DNA of 61,399 bases, counting the filler, from Circinaria calcarea (lineage: Eukaryota), in assembly GCA_051942165.1 (NCBI GenBank). It is 5 parts of 5 records of this genome, joined end to end, with 100 filler letters (N's around TTAATTAATTAA, not from the genome) between each part and the next. Parts side by side here need not be neighbours in the genome. Positions count along the whole stretch, not along the records: positions 12,315 to 24,526 come from JAVECS010000597.1; positions 24,627 to 36,832 come from JAVECS010000598.1; 3 more parts are not named here. One strand, written 5' to 3'. Every line of letters begins with the position of its first letter. Position 1 is the stretch's first letter. Shown one piece after another: positions 12,844 through 25,197 of the stretch. The position numbers were made by a program, and so were the translations under genes. The notes under the pieces were generated by a model. That model saw nothing but the letters and a program-made list of their open reading frames with translations. It did not search any database and had not been told where the DNA came from.

Positions 12844-15800
12844 TATGTAGGGGAGGAGAATGAGGTTCAGGAGGCTTCCTAATGCCAGTAGGTGAAGAAT
12901 TGAGGCTACTGTAGCGTTGATTTCATGGGATTCTCAGCACAAAATAAATTGGAGATTATGATCGGTAAAGACCGAGCCCAGGGAATCCCACACGACTTAC
13001 CCGGCTATGGGTTACCAAGTATCGAGTACACGATCTACGATCACGAGATTCTTACTCTAAATAGAATAGAGGACGGGATAATTCTTGGAGTGAATACTAC
13101 ACCAAGAGCTTAGATTGTAATCCAGAAAACCAAAAATATATGGCTTTATAACCTTTGGCGGAAAGGGACGAGCAACGCTCTTATATGGGCACCTTGCTGA
13201 CCCAAAAAGGCAGATGAGTGACACAATCGGGAGGATTGATGCGGCAGGACTGTTGCTTAGATGGATGATAGCAATGACACTCTTCATAGAGGCAGTGAAC
13301 CCAGTCATTATGCTACCACACATATCTACTGTCCAAGTCATCAGTTCTTGGGTGATGAGGGCGGCGTGGAGCACAACAAGCTTACGGGTTTGGCGAAGTA
13401 GCTGAACAGGTGCCTGAGATCTTTCTAATTCATGATACGTGCATCTCCTCAAGCATTCATGCTCATTCGCAAATAAGGTACGTAGAAAGATGTACGGGAG
13501 AGATTGACCCTTAACCCTTTTACTGTTGAGGGCGACAGTAGAGTACTGTCTGCTAATATCTGCTCCGTTGATAGGTAGCCAACAAGATTATATCAGCTAC
13601 TGCCAATGGATAGCCAGAGGTAGGGTCGTCGTAGTTTCTCTCCATGTATTCCCGAGCTGTTCACAGGCCCTACATGCTTCGAATAATATGCAGCCAACGT
13701 CTCGGCATCGGGTACCGATGAGGCCCACCTGGAGAGCCGAATAGAGATTGCGCTGAGGATGAGGCGCTGGTTATAATACTTTACTGCTGAGGGTAAGACA
13801 GGAACGAGTCTGGGAAATCTTATAGATGGGCTTTGCAAGCTTGTCTATCGAGGTTGAAAAGGCAACAGCAAGATGGGATCTCCGACGTACCTCAAGGCCA
13901 CTGGCTTAGGTGTAGTCGCAGGTGTTTAGAGTAGTACACCACACATAAATTCGAATGCTGAAGCCTCCCATCTGGATAACAATCAACGTGACGTGGGTCG
14001 GGAACCGTCTACTATTACAACCATCGTCCCCAACTTTCAGGCGACATTGCTGACTTTACAAATTGATTCTGCGGTTCTAGGTTGCTTAATCGTCATGAAT
14101 AACATCGAAGTCATACGATGCTTGACATTCGAGACGTCCAAATCTACAACCTTCTCCGAAGGAATGCGCAAGGCAAACCATCAATGAAAGTAAGACCTCT
14201 AAGGTGAGGAAGACCATCAAAAATTCCGCCAGCGAGGGCCCCGAAGGATACTCGATAACTCTTGCCTCCACGATGTGCAATGTAGGGCTCGAATTATAGC
14301 AGACCGTCTTCTTGATCACGGTTGCTCCAACAAGGTAAGTATGAAGAAAAAAGGAAAGAATTGGGGGAGTTGGTTCGTTAATATACCTGCCGGATGACGC
14401 TAGATTAGCGTACCTCGTCTGATAAGCGACCGCCGGGTAAGACGGAGATATCTCACGAAAGCTTGGGGACTTAGAATCTGCAGAACAATCTCCGCTTGCG
14501 GTCCAGACGAGTTCACCTTTGACATTGATTTGAGATACCATACAAGTTGGTCTGAGCGATAGAACTTAAAACCGATGCTAGTGTCCTGACTTGCGTGGCC
14601 TTAAGGAGAACCATGATCAATCGAACAAGACTTGAAAGAGATTCCAGCCGCATTGAACAGTTTTTGCTGTGACTGCTTCTACCGCTAGCGCCCGCCGTTC
14701 GCTATTCCGAAAATTTGACATGCATCTACTACTTAAGACCAGAAACTGCCCAGGTTGTTGCCTTGATATATGGAGACTTACTTTTACACCAAAAGGATCT
14801 CTATAGTTCTCTGCTCATCATCCTCGAATCGATGTTTCCTCGGGCGAGAGGGGTATACCCGCAAATTTGCCCCTTGGGAAAACTCGTATGCAGCATCAAG
14901 TCTTTCAATCTCCAGAGCGCTTCAATTTAACCATTCAGAGTATGGACATTGGATCGTTCACTCAAGGCAGGTATGGGGCTTAACTCTCTACGTCCATGTT
15001 ACGCCACAAGCAGAGTCAATTTGGGGCTTTTCTTCGGACAGTCAGGGAGCGAGCAATTGGATCTCCAACTTCCGTCGGGAGGAATGCTCACCCCCCTTTT
15101 TTAAAGGGGCGACTTACTGAAGATACCGACAGCGAAGCCCCATTCTCGGTCTGCCACAGTCAAGGTTTCTCAGTAAGAAATTTTGCCAAACAGGAGGCCT
15201 TTGGATAAAGGAACTGTGAACTACATCCTCGCCTATACAGCTTGGGTGGCCGAGGAGATAAATTTCTATCATCAAGAATCCCGTCAGGTAGCCAATGGTC
15301 GGCGTCAAACGGAACGAATCAAGAAAATCTTGATAGAAGCTTGTTCAAGGAGTAACTGAACGTAGAGGGAGATGGTTTTCCTATTGATCATGAATAAATC
15401 CATGTTCCATACAAGACTTTCCAATTCGCCATTATGCTATATAATGCGGTTTCTTAGAGGCTCAAGAATTTTATGATTCAGCAAGCATGCGTTTGAATCT
15501 ATCTCTAATCAGTACTGTGCTATTCCCTATGTTTCTCGCGATTGATGATCATCATTTTAAGCCTATACTTTATCATTTTATATCAAAGCGAGTCTATGGA
15601 AGCAGGTGTGCACGGCCACGCTATGGTGGTCTCTTTTGCGCTATACTTTAACGCTCAGACACTTGTCTGGCTGTCGCCCTATACTTTGAAGACTGAATGA
15701 CCCACGTCAGATTTAGATATCCTCAGGAGTATACCTGTCTCGATTTATGGATCTAATTTCGGTCAGTGATAGGTTTGTTGATTGTACCTTGCTGAAAGAG

Positions 15801-16143
15801 TCAAAAGCTTAAAGCTCTGATTTCTGTAATATCCAACTGTTTGAATTCTACCAAGATTTTACTACGAAATCTAGCAGATACGCTCGGAGCATCAGACATA
15901 GGCCTTCCTACATTAGTGTTGTGATATATTCTAAAAGATATATTAAACACATCCGCTGGAGAAATTCTCTCCTTTCACTTACCAAATAATGCTCTATCAA
16001 CACTGATATTGGTTAATCGTCAGCTAGTTCTCTACCAACGATCGTTTCAAATCTGTGATAGACCTTCACCACTATCAACTCGCAGTTGTCAATTCCATAT
16101 CCGCCTCATCATCAACCTCCGGCTTCGGTCAAGCCTTTTCAAA

Positions 16144-16932
16144 ATGCGTCCAATTAAAGCTGATATCTTGCTGATTGTCTCGAGCCTGATGACTGTCGTA
16201 TTCTCTCACGTCGGCTCACTAGTGACCTTGCCTCTAAGTGAGGCCTTACTAGTCACGATATCGGATACGGCAGCAACACAAAAGCGCTCTGCACCTTCTT
16301 CTGCGCTGCCTTCCTTATCAACATCAGCTGAAGCGAGCACATTCGTGACTTTCACGAGCACATCGAAAACTGTCGACAGCAAAACCGCAACCTCCGAAAG
16401 CACTACCGCAACCGCATTCGCGAATAGCACGATTGCAATCTTCAAAAGTGCAAGCCCAAGTGTATTAGCTTCGACGTCTTCAGTTCCAATGCCTACATCT
16501 TCTCCCAGTCTTCCTCGCCCAATTCATTGCCCCAATGGCCAATGCCCCGGGGAGCCGGGAAGCCCTTCATGCGTGAAGCAGAAAGCGATCAACTGCAAAG
16601 GCGCCCACAAATGTAAGAAAGGAAGCCTAGCAAACATCGTCAATTCTATCTCGTCCATCGATCTCAACCGTCAATACTCCAATGGGGAATACGTTGCTTG
16701 CGATAGGGCGTTTGGGACCTGCGCCTTTCTTCGGTGTGTCCAAGGCACCGTCCCCGGTCATGTGATTGATCGGTTGGTCAACGCACTCTATGCGAACAAG
16801 TGTCAGGGATGCGGCGGGATCCCTATCGTATGGCCGGGAAACGATCCCAGCCACGGAACCCTGACTGTCGATTATGCCTATTACAATACGGTTAGCTTTT
16901 TCAACCCGGGGGTCTGCGACGGCTTGTGCTGA
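16144..16932 (+). CDS. Secreted KP4 killer-toxin-like protein with a Ser/Thr-rich N-terminal stalk
   Basis: ATG at 16144 gives a hydrophobic signal (MRPIKADILLIVSSLMTVVFS), a KR site, about 75 aa rich in S/T, then AINCKG..C..NGEYVAC..CAFL..LYANKCQGCGGIP..GNDPSHGTLTVDY..CDGLC, matching the KP4 pattern (GINCRG / GCxxCGSxP / GNDxxxGxLTVNY). Confidence 0.85.
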   Translation: MRPIKADILLIVSSLMTVVFSHVGSLVTLPLSEALLVTISDTAATQKRSAPSSALPSLSTSAEASTFVTFTSTSKTVDSKTATSESTTATAFANSTIAIFKSASPSVLASTSSVPMPTSSPSLPRPIHCPNGQCPGEPGSPSCVKQKAINCKGAHKCKKGSLANIVNSISSIDLNRQYSNGEYVACDRAFGTCAFLRCVQGTVPGHVIDRLVNALYANKCQGCGGIPIVWPGNDPSHGTLTVDYAYYNTVSFFNPGVCDGLC

Positions 16933-17432
16933 TTGGGGGTTGGAAATACCGGGGGATTCTTGCGTTGACTCGAGAGGAGGCGAGCTTAGAGACGAGTGAC
17001 TAGGAATCTTTGATCCGTCACAAAGCTACAAGACACGATGGGGTGCATTTGAAGTAAAGGATGCCCACATTTTCTGTCATGACAGATCGGGAATCAGATA
17101 ATTGGATGGATAGGTATCCTCGGATTAGTTTCATGCTATCTCAAGGGCCTCCTACTAGGTATCACTAGGAACCATGAAGACATTGTTGGGTGTCTCGAAG
17201 TATGATATGAGGAACCAATGACAAACCACGTAAAACGTATGTCGATAGCAGTTCCGGACGAGCCGTACCTTTAGTAGACCCTAAAGAACTCAGAGCCTGC
17301 TGTGATTTTTAAAGTTGTGAAGTGGGATGATGCTTGATGTTTGAAGAATGGTTGGATTGGGAAGCCACCAAAGGCCGTAATCTAAGACACGATGATAACT
17401 TGACATCCCTGCGCCTTTTGGGCTCTGTTGAA

Positions 17433-18104
17433 CTATAATATCACATCCTCCTCTTCCCCCGGAGGCTCTGTGATAACTGCACTGTCCTCGGGGGATCCAG
17501 CCGGAAGCGTACTACTCACGGGCTCAGAGCCATTGCCTTGTGTGGGTGCCACCTCCTCTGTGTCCATCTCGGAGCTGACTTGCTCGTCCTCCCACTCATC
17601 CTCTTCAACTTTCTTCCCTTGCGGCTTAAGCTTCTTGCCCTGGATTTTGTTGTTCAGGTCGTCCCAGGCGGTCTGTGACTCGATCAGTCTCAAGCAGGCA
17701 TATGCACCTTGGTGTTGAAACATACGCCTCGCTCTTTCACCGTCTTACCCTTCACAAAGCTCTTCTCCACCTTCTTCTCGGTCTTATCCATCACCGCCTC
17801 AGCCCGTTGCATCCCCTTCTCTTGCCTGATGCGCTGATGTCGGCTTAACAGCTTGCTCTTCGCTTTCCGCTTAGATATCCCGGCGCCATTGTGAACAGAT
17901 AGAACAGAAGATCGATGTATCGAGGAATCAGGTGGAGGCTTTACCGATTTGAGAGATTTGTCGAGGTCTATGGAGGGGGAGGCCGCCCGTTTAGCGGCGC
18001 GCGAGTGAATCGACGTTGCTGGGTAAGGTCAGCGAAATATATCGCCTCTTGTTTCGTAAGTGCGGACATTTGGCATTCTTCTTTAGTTTGGCTGTCTTTG
18101 CCAT
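17433..18104 (-). CDS. ALB1: Pre-60S ribosome biogenesis factor Alb1
   Basis: Exons 18104-18068, 18018-17726, 17672-17433 join in frame: MAKTAKLKKNAKSTSIHSRAAKRAASPSIDLDKSL..QEKGMQRAEAVMDKTEKKVEKS..KERGTAWDDLN. Confidence 0.88.
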
Positions 18105-18337
18105 CTTGAACGAAGATGTGAGTGTGACTATGGGCTGTGATGCGAGAGGCAGAACTAGTGTAAAATTCAACGGCTTTGGCGAGGAGGGTATGTGTCTCTG
18201 CCCATTTCGCCGCATCCGCTCCTTCAGAAGCATTCTTGTTTCTTCATACAAAATTTATCTGAAAACTACCCATGACACTTCACTATTGCATACGTTCACC
18301 CCGTCGCACAGCAAGTTGAGTCAGGGAATAGACTCTT

Positions 18338-20623
18338 ATGATGGCTTCCCGGTTTAGACAAACCTTTGAGTACCGTGCTCCTACCTCAAACAGCTCCCAA
18401 ATCCCCAACTCAACAACTTTGAGCTCAGCGCTTGCATACGGTGTGCTTGCTACTCTATTGATATACTATCTCCTCAACTACCTGGATTATCCTATCCTCT
18501 CGATTCCAGAGATCCTTTGGAACTTCCTGGTTCACATCACACCTTCATCATTCATACAAGCTCTGGACAGGCAGGGCAATAAAGGCGCGCAGAACGAAAA
18601 AGCTAAGACAAGTATACCATCGGAATCTCAAAAGTTCGCGGCGAAGAGTGAGGCAATGCGGCGCATTCTAGGCTTGGAAGGTGCTGGAGTCCTGGCCAAG
18701 TTTCAACGTCCTAGAGTACTGTCAGGTATCAGCAATGCTTTGAAGGTAGCGGAAAATGCCAGTCTCCCAGGACTAGGCAACTGGGACAACTCTTGCTATC
18801 AAAATAGTGTGCTCCAGGGTTTAGCGTCGCTCTCATCATTCCCTAGCTATTTGGATCAAGCTATATCTAATCCTACGGAGAAGAGCAGTCGTTCTACAGC
18901 CCAGGCGTTGAAAGATTTGATTGAAAAACTAAACAATCCGTCCAACGTTAATCAACGCTTTTGGACGCCAGCGGAATTAAAAAATATGAGCAGCTGGCAG
19001 CAGCAAGATGCACAGGAATACTTTTCCAAAGTTCTAGACGAGATAGAGAAAGAGGTCTCGAGTACTTCCAAGGTTGAGCCTCAAAACCTTGGGCTTCGAG
19101 AAGTAAAAGACTGGAACTACGAAATATCTGGAGATGACGAGAAAGTGACGGGGAGTATGGGAGAAAATTCGACAAGGGCTTCTAACAATAACACCATAAC
19201 TGACTTTCCCTTTGAAAAATTACCCGCGGAACTAAGGATGATGCTAGCGAGAAATCCCCTAGAAGGACTCCTGGCACAACGTGTGGGCTGTCTGCAGTGT
19301 GGCTTTGTTGAGGGCCTATCATTGATCCCCTTTAACTGTTTGACCTTACCTCTAGGCAAGCAATGGGAGTATGACGTCCGGACTTGTCTTGATGATTACA
19401 CTTCACTGGAGCCAATTAATGGGGTGGAATGCTCTAAATGTACTCTTCTACTCCAGAAGAAGCAGTTAGAGCAACTACTCAACCAGCTACGAGAGCAGGA
19501 AGGAGGCAAAGGATTGATAAAGGACCTGAAGACATCTGAAGCTTTACGTGCATCAACCAACATTCGGTTAAAGGCAGTCGCACAAGCCCTTGAAGACGAC
19601 GACTTCTCGGAGAACACTATCCTCAAGAAATGTCAAATCCCCCCGAAATGTCGTGTATCCTCGACAAAGTCAAGACAGGCGGTCATCGCGCGCCCGCCCA
19701 AATCGTTAGTATTACATGTTAATCGCAGTCTCTTCGATGAGTCGAGTGGTATACAACGAAAGAATTATGCAGATCTCAAATTCCCCAAGGATCTGGATCT
19801 GTCGCCTTGGTGCCTAGGCGCTGCATCACAGTCTATCGAACAAGGGGCTGCCATAGAAACTTGGAACACTGATCCGTCCAGCTCGATGTTGCTGGATCCC
19901 CCGCTTGAGTCCAATGGAAACCCATCCGGACTGCATAGAAATATATATAGTTTAAGAGCTGTGATTACACATTATGGACGACACGAAAATGGCCATTACA
20001 TTTGTTATCGGAGGGATCCAAACACCGAAAGACTGAATGACCGCAATAAGGCTAACAACACGTGGTGGCGGCTTAGTGACGACGATGTATCGGAAGTCAG
20101 TGAAGGAAATGTACTTGCACAAGGAGGAGTCTTTATGCTCTTTTACGAGTTGAAGATAGAATCATTTGTCATTGGCCCTGCCAGAGTCGAAAACACTAGT
20201 TGCGCCGCAGTCGAGGTTGAAAAGCCTACCGATTCGATCCTGTCACCCTCTCTTAACGCTACGAATGAAGCATCATTCCTGGAGTCAATGGAAACCTCTG
20301 TTCCTATGAACACGAAAGCTCCACCAACTAATCTTACACCTTTACCTGCGCCCGTAAGCCCCAGTTCCTCCGTATCGTCCCTCGAAGAGAGTGCCTCATG
20401 TCATGACCAAGAACATGACAAAATGATACCAGAAGTGAAAGCTATGTCTATAGCCGACACTGATGCGATGAATGAAGTACCTGCGGGTGAAACTTCATCG
20501 TTGAAGGAAAATTGGAAAGTGACACCTCGGATGCGGACTGCTGGCCCGCGTAATGGTAGGGATAGTGTGAGTCGGGCAGGGAAGGCGATGTCTTCAATCT
20601 CATCCATGGTCACAGCGAACTGA
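18338..20623 (+). CDS. Ubiquitin-specific protease (USP/C19) with an N-terminal membrane anchor (Ubp1/Ubp16-type)
   Basis: Cys box GLGNWDNSCYQNSVLQGL, QQDAQE, CxxC pairs, His box HYGRHENGHYICYR and WWRLSDDDV; hydrophobic segment ALAYGVLATLLIYYLLNYL near the N-terminus. Confidence 0.93.
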   Translation: MMASRFRQTFEYRAPTSNSSQIPNSTTLSSALAYGVLATLLIYYLLNYLDYPILSIPEILWNFLVHITPSSFIQALDRQGNKGAQNEKAKTSIPSESQKFAAKSEAMRRILGLEGAGVLAKFQRPRVLSGISNALKVAENASLPGLGNWDNSCYQNSVLQGLASLSSFPSYLDQAISNPTEKSSRSTAQALKDLIEKLNNPSNVNQRFWTPAELKNMSSWQQQDAQEYFSKVLDEIEKEVSSTSKVEPQNLGLREVKDWNYEISGDDEKVTGSMGENSTRASNNNTITDFPFEKLPAELRMMLARNPLEGLLAQRVGCLQCGFVEGLSLIPFNCLTLPLGKQWEYDVRTCLDDYTSLEPINGVECSKCTLLLQKKQLEQLLNQLREQEGGKGLIKDLKTSEALRASTNIRLKAVAQALEDDDFSENTILKKCQIPPKCRVSSTKSRQAVIARPPKSLVLHVNRSLFDESSGIQRKNYADLKFPKDLDLSPWCLGAASQSIEQGAAIETWNTDPSSSMLLDPPLESNGNPSGLHRNIYSLRAVITHYGRHENGHYICYRRDPNTERLNDRNKANNTWWRLSDDDVSEVSEGNVLAQGGVFMLFYELKIESFVIGPARVENTSCAAVEVEKPTDSILSPSLNATNEASFLESMETSVPMNTKAPPTNLTPLPAPVSPSSSVSSLEESASCHDQEHDKMIPEVKAMSIADTDAMNEVPAGETSSLKENWKVTPRMRTAGPRNGRDSVSRAGKAMSSISSMVTAN

Positions 20624-21862
20624 AGAATATGACTATGACTCCAGCTTTTAGCGATGGTGTTAGGGGTGATCGTGCAATGGACAATATCTTTATGGTAGGG
20701 CACGGGATGGTTGACATTTGGCTCTTATGATTAGGTGATACCCATGTTTGGTCGTGCTATAGTTTCAAAACTCTTTCATCGTCGTTACCTGTGACTATCG
20801 AGATTCCTATATTTGTGGAGATATGTATGCTTACAATCTTAATTGGTACAGAACTAAGAACCTCGCAGACTACACCAGCGGATTTACAGGTAACTGGTCG
20901 AACAGTAACCCGCTGGATTTCATTGGTAGAAATCTTGTCCTGGTTGCTAATGTTCAAATCCCTTGGATGTCGGTTCACTATCCTTCGCAGTCCGGTTGCG
21001 ATAGCACTCACGTGAATGAAGGCCTAGCTCTAGGGTCTTGAACCTCTGTTGCCCGGGTTACGGCTACTGATTGCTCTTTCCCATTAGTCGAATTAGTGTC
21101 ATTCGCCGACAGGCACGACTGCTCTCTAGGATCTAGATATACGTCAGTGAATGAAGGCCGCTACAGAGACTCCGCTTCGTAGTTCTGAGCGTAAGATAGT
21201 TTTCAAGCAACAAACTCGATCATATCAGAGTTGATAGGTTGAGCCAGACACATCTCGGCGTTGGGGTGCCTTGGGAGCTTTAACAAAAGGAAGCAATGAA
21301 CATGTCGATACGATGCTGCTAGATTATCAAAGCACATGAAGTATGGGATAGTCCACTTAGGAAGGTGTAAGTATGGGGTGAATGTGACGCAGTATCTAGG
21401 GCTGTTCAACTAGCCAGGGAAGGCATGCCCGCAAAACAGTAGACATCGAGATGGTTTCCAACAGTGTTGGGCATACCCAATGGAAGGAGTAACTGTGATC
21501 GAGTCAAGCCGTTTATTTTGCCAATGTTGTTGGTTTAAGTTTTATGCTTGGGCTAACACTCTTCTTTTCATCACCTATGTTAACTTGTGTTGATATGTTG
21601 AACTTGTATTGATGACTCAAGACTCTGCCAGCTAATCTATTTCTTATTCCGTTAGGACCTACACAAATACTGCCTTACCATTCATCTCCTGCAATCATCT
21701 TTATTACGCCTACATACAGAGCGCGCACTGATTCAAGCTCCTGCTACTGGGCTGTGGCTCTGCCATCATCGTCGCTTCGTGCCATATCACAACTTGCGCA
21801 GTTTCACCATTCGCAGCTCGCCTCTCACAGTTATCTTATCGTTTTGGATTCTCCACAACACC

Positions 21863-23269
21863 ATGTTGAGCACACAAACGAAGCCCATCGCAGCTGATGT
21901 AGCCAGCCATTCTACAACCGAGGCCGTGTCAAAGAAAGCTGTTGGGCTTTTGGATATGCCACCGGAGCTACGAAACTTAATATACCAGATGCTTCTCACT
22001 ACAGAATACACGTTCAAGAAGGCTTCGTTCATGACGAGGCGTGAAGCTCGTTATGAGCTTACACCAGCAGTTCTACGGGTCAACAAGCAGATCTATCGTG
22101 AAGCCCGCAACATACTGTACTACGGGAATCTCTGGATCTTTGTGCGGGCTGACGAGGGCATAATCGGTAAACCTGGTGAGTTGAGAAGAGATCTACCCAA
22201 GGTATGCAGGAATCCTAGTAAGGTGGTCATGCAGCCTGCACTGTGTATCGCACTCAGCTTTCTCCAACCCTGGCAAGAAATTAAGCCGGTCAACTTGGTC
22301 CTAGGCGAAGAGAGTATCGAGTACCTGATCGACTGTCTCTGGACAAGAAAACTCCGGAGGACCAACCAAGGGTATTCTAATTACCTCCGACACGTTCATA
22401 TCTCGCTTTCGTTGTGGGGGTCCAAGATGTGTAACCGGCAGCAACTCCAACAGCGTCTGCTAAAGCCCTTTTTCAACGTATACGGCTGCGGCCAAATCAC
22501 TCTCAAAGGGACCATCGAGGAGCAATTCGGCCGACAGCTCTGCCGACGATTACTCTCTATTTATCCAGACAACAAGGAGCTTGTGGAGGTCGGACGGGGT
22601 TTTCTCGACAAAGGTGATGCCGCGTTCGCCGAGGGGCGTTTCGACGAAGCCTATCACAAGTACTGCCACGCGCACAAATACATAGTCCACGTACACCTAA
22701 ACCATACCGTCCGGGAAGCGCAATTCGTCCGCAATTCTGTCACCTTCACCGCCCTGAGGCGAATGGCCAAGGCGCTTCTGGCCATGAAGCTGTGCGACCG
22801 CGCATACATCTTTCTCCGCGTCGTCTTCAGCATCCCGCACGACCAGCTACCCTATCACGCCACGGCAACCGAGCGAGCGAAGTGGTACCTCCTCTGCGGT
22901 TTCACGGGCATCGGGCTCGGGAATGAGGCACTATTCCGGGTGATCAATAAACCCGATCGGCCTCCCCCTGCGCACTACGGTCAGAGTATGGCAGTCCAGC
23001 GGACAATCAGTAGCCCTGGCCAACCGTTCCCGCCGCCGGGCACGCACTTCGCCCGTAACATGGCTGCTTATAACTTTTTCAACGCCGAGTGGCTGGCAAC
23101 AACCCGTCCGGCACCGATAATCGAGGAGTTCCACGAGTTGAGGAAACGGGTTAAGGGATTGGGGCTTTGGGAGGTGGATGAGGGGTTCGATCGGGTCTGG
23201 TCGGAGACGTTCTCCATGGCGAATGAGAGGTTCCAACCACGGGAGCCCGCCAAGGAGATGCTGACGTGA
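21863..23269 (+). CDS. Uncharacterised protein with an F-box-like N-terminal motif and a TPR-like helical region
   Basis: Long intronless ORF (first ATG 21863) with LLDMPPELRNLIYQMLL..PAVLRVNKQIYREARNILY and a TPR-like LDKGDAAFAEGRFDEAYHKYCHA. Confidence 0.75.
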   Translation: MLSTQTKPIAADVASHSTTEAVSKKAVGLLDMPPELRNLIYQMLLTTEYTFKKASFMTRREARYELTPAVLRVNKQIYREARNILYYGNLWIFVRADEGIIGKPGELRRDLPKVCRNPSKVVMQPALCIALSFLQPWQEIKPVNLVLGEESIEYLIDCLWTRKLRRTNQGYSNYLRHVHISLSLWGSKMCNRQQLQQRLLKPFFNVYGCGQITLKGTIEEQFGRQLCRRLLSIYPDNKELVEVGRGFLDKGDAAFAEGRFDEAYHKYCHAHKYIVHVHLNHTVREAQFVRNSVTFTALRRMAKALLAMKLCDRAYIFLRVVFSIPHDQLPYHATATERAKWYLLCGFTGIGLGNEALFRVINKPDRPPPAHYGQSMAVQRTISSPGQPFPPPGTHFARNMAAYNFFNAEWLATTRPAPIIEEFHELRKRVKGLGLWEVDEGFDRVWSETFSMANERFQPREPAKEMLT

Positions 23270-24526
23270 TACCCGCTAGGCTGTGTTCTCGTTCATGTCT
23301 GGTTCGGTATGGTTTACCTTGGTCTGCAAGGGGAGTTTTTTCTGTTTGGTGTGGCGTTATGTTAGGGGTGTTAGTACAAGGACGAGGGTTTTACTTGACA
23401 TTGGAGATGTATAGGGAAAATACTGGAGGTCGCATACAGAAAAGGCGTCTGCGACTCCTTGTCGGTGGTTTACTTGGTCTACAGAGAGAGGGCTTTTGGA
23501 GTTTGAGCTGGTTTTCCCGAATACGCACATGGGGTGGGGCATCTCCCACCACGAAACTTGAAACCGTGACGAGTTTCCAATGGCCTTTTCGTGGGCCTTT
23601 TGGGTCTTATAACCGTTTGTTATGTTACTTTACTTAATGAGAGCAGAAGGGAGGAGAATTGCATCGATAACGCAGAAAGGGCTAGCTACATAGCGTGTTT
23701 ACTAGAGAAAGCGAACACGGGTGGAATCAGTGTCTTGTCCATTTATTTACCTTGACGTTCCAAATACGCTAATACACGCTCCTGCTTGGAATTTTCCAAT
23801 TGTAAATGTCTCTATACTAGTCTCACGGTCACACGGCGTCGCGGGGAAGGAATGGATTTGGGAGTCCCACGTCAACTCCAATACTTGTCAAGCTTCACAA
23901 AAATTAAGAGAGAAAGGGAGGGGGGGTATCAAAAGTCTCCCCGCAATAGCGTACTGATGTTTCCGGCATGTCTTGGACGCTGACCTCTGACCCTGACCTC
24001 GACTATGTAATCTTACATGTAGAACGGGAATATGAATCTTACCGTCTTACGGGAAGTGACCGTGCAAATTTCTCAGACTGTGTTTTTTTTACTAATGTCG
24101 ACATGAAGACGCAACTAATCTAATCAATTCAATCGCAACCCAGGGGGGGGGGGATGGGTTAAATCTTCTAGAAAACCACCCTAACCTTTCTGATTTTGCA
24201 ACCGACTTAATCCAACCAACCAACTCCTGCTTCCCAGGACCCCAAACTAAACCAGTGCCATTTTCCAACCCAGCAAACCATCTTCCTGCCTCATGCCTCC
24301 CAACTCGCCGGGTTTCCGGGGGAAAACCACGCCCCACGATTCCGCGGGAAGATTTCTCCCAAGTTGCGAGTTTGAAATTAACTCCAAGCGAAGGGAGATG
24401 AAAATACTCGGAGACGAGATAATGGGAGTCTATTGAATCCCTGCGTTATACGGGACGTTACGGGAGGCGAGAGGGAGGAAGCATGGTGGTGTAGCCCGTG
24501 ACCGGGTGTTATTGAGGGGGGGGGCT

Positions 24527-24626
24527 NNNNNNNNNNNNNNNNNNNNNNNNNNNNNNNNNNNNNNNNNNNNTTAATTAATTAANNNNNNNNNNNNNNNNNN
24601 NNNNNNNNNNNNNNNNNNNNNNNNNN
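24527..24626. other. Artificial contig linker (N44-TTAATTAATTAA-N44)
   Basis: Same 100-bp six-frame-stop spacer. Confidence 0.99.
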
Positions 24627-25197
24627 ATAGAATAATCAATTACATCAGGGTTTACATTACGCCAAAACGGTGTCGTGTGTTTAAAAAGAAAAAACCACAG
24701 GAGGAATGAAATTGGGGGGGGGGGGGAGCCGGAGAAGAAGAAAAAACAAGTCCGGATGAAAATGAATTGGATTGATTCTATCCGAATCTAGGGCGAGAAT
24801 GAAGAAGGGGTGGGGTGTACGAAGAAGGTGTGAACGTGTGGCGATGTTGGAGGTGGAGGAGATGAGATGGGCAGCATGGGGTTATAATGTCAGCGGTGGT
24901 GTTCGTGTGTTTTAACCTAATTGTATGCTACTCGGTTGTGGGATTGCCGACGGTGAGGTTGAGTGATTGGTGTATGGGAGGAGATAAAAGTCTTAAATAC
25001 CAATTGAAAGGAGAGAGAAAAAAGCACCAGCATGTTGGTAGACGGATGTTTGTATTCCTAAGAGGACTAGCCATCTATCAACACATGGCAGATTGAACAA
25101 GTCTGCCAGTAGTATCCTAATTTCATCAAAAGTATATGCAAAATTACGCCGGTCAAGTGTATCCAAGGTTTACCCTAGAATATCAAAAACCTGGAAT

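Noticed and set aside
13050..15360. Short protein-like fragments between MFAP1 and the KP4-like gene (e.g. LDKGTVNYILAYTAWVAEEINFY near 15200-15360)
   Set aside because: Possibly a decayed gene, but I could not build a consistent frame or recognise a family; needs BLASTX.
16009..16143. Upstream extension of the KP4-like ORF in the ORF track
   Set aside because: It begins at a non-ATG codon; ATG 16144 gives a proper signal peptide.
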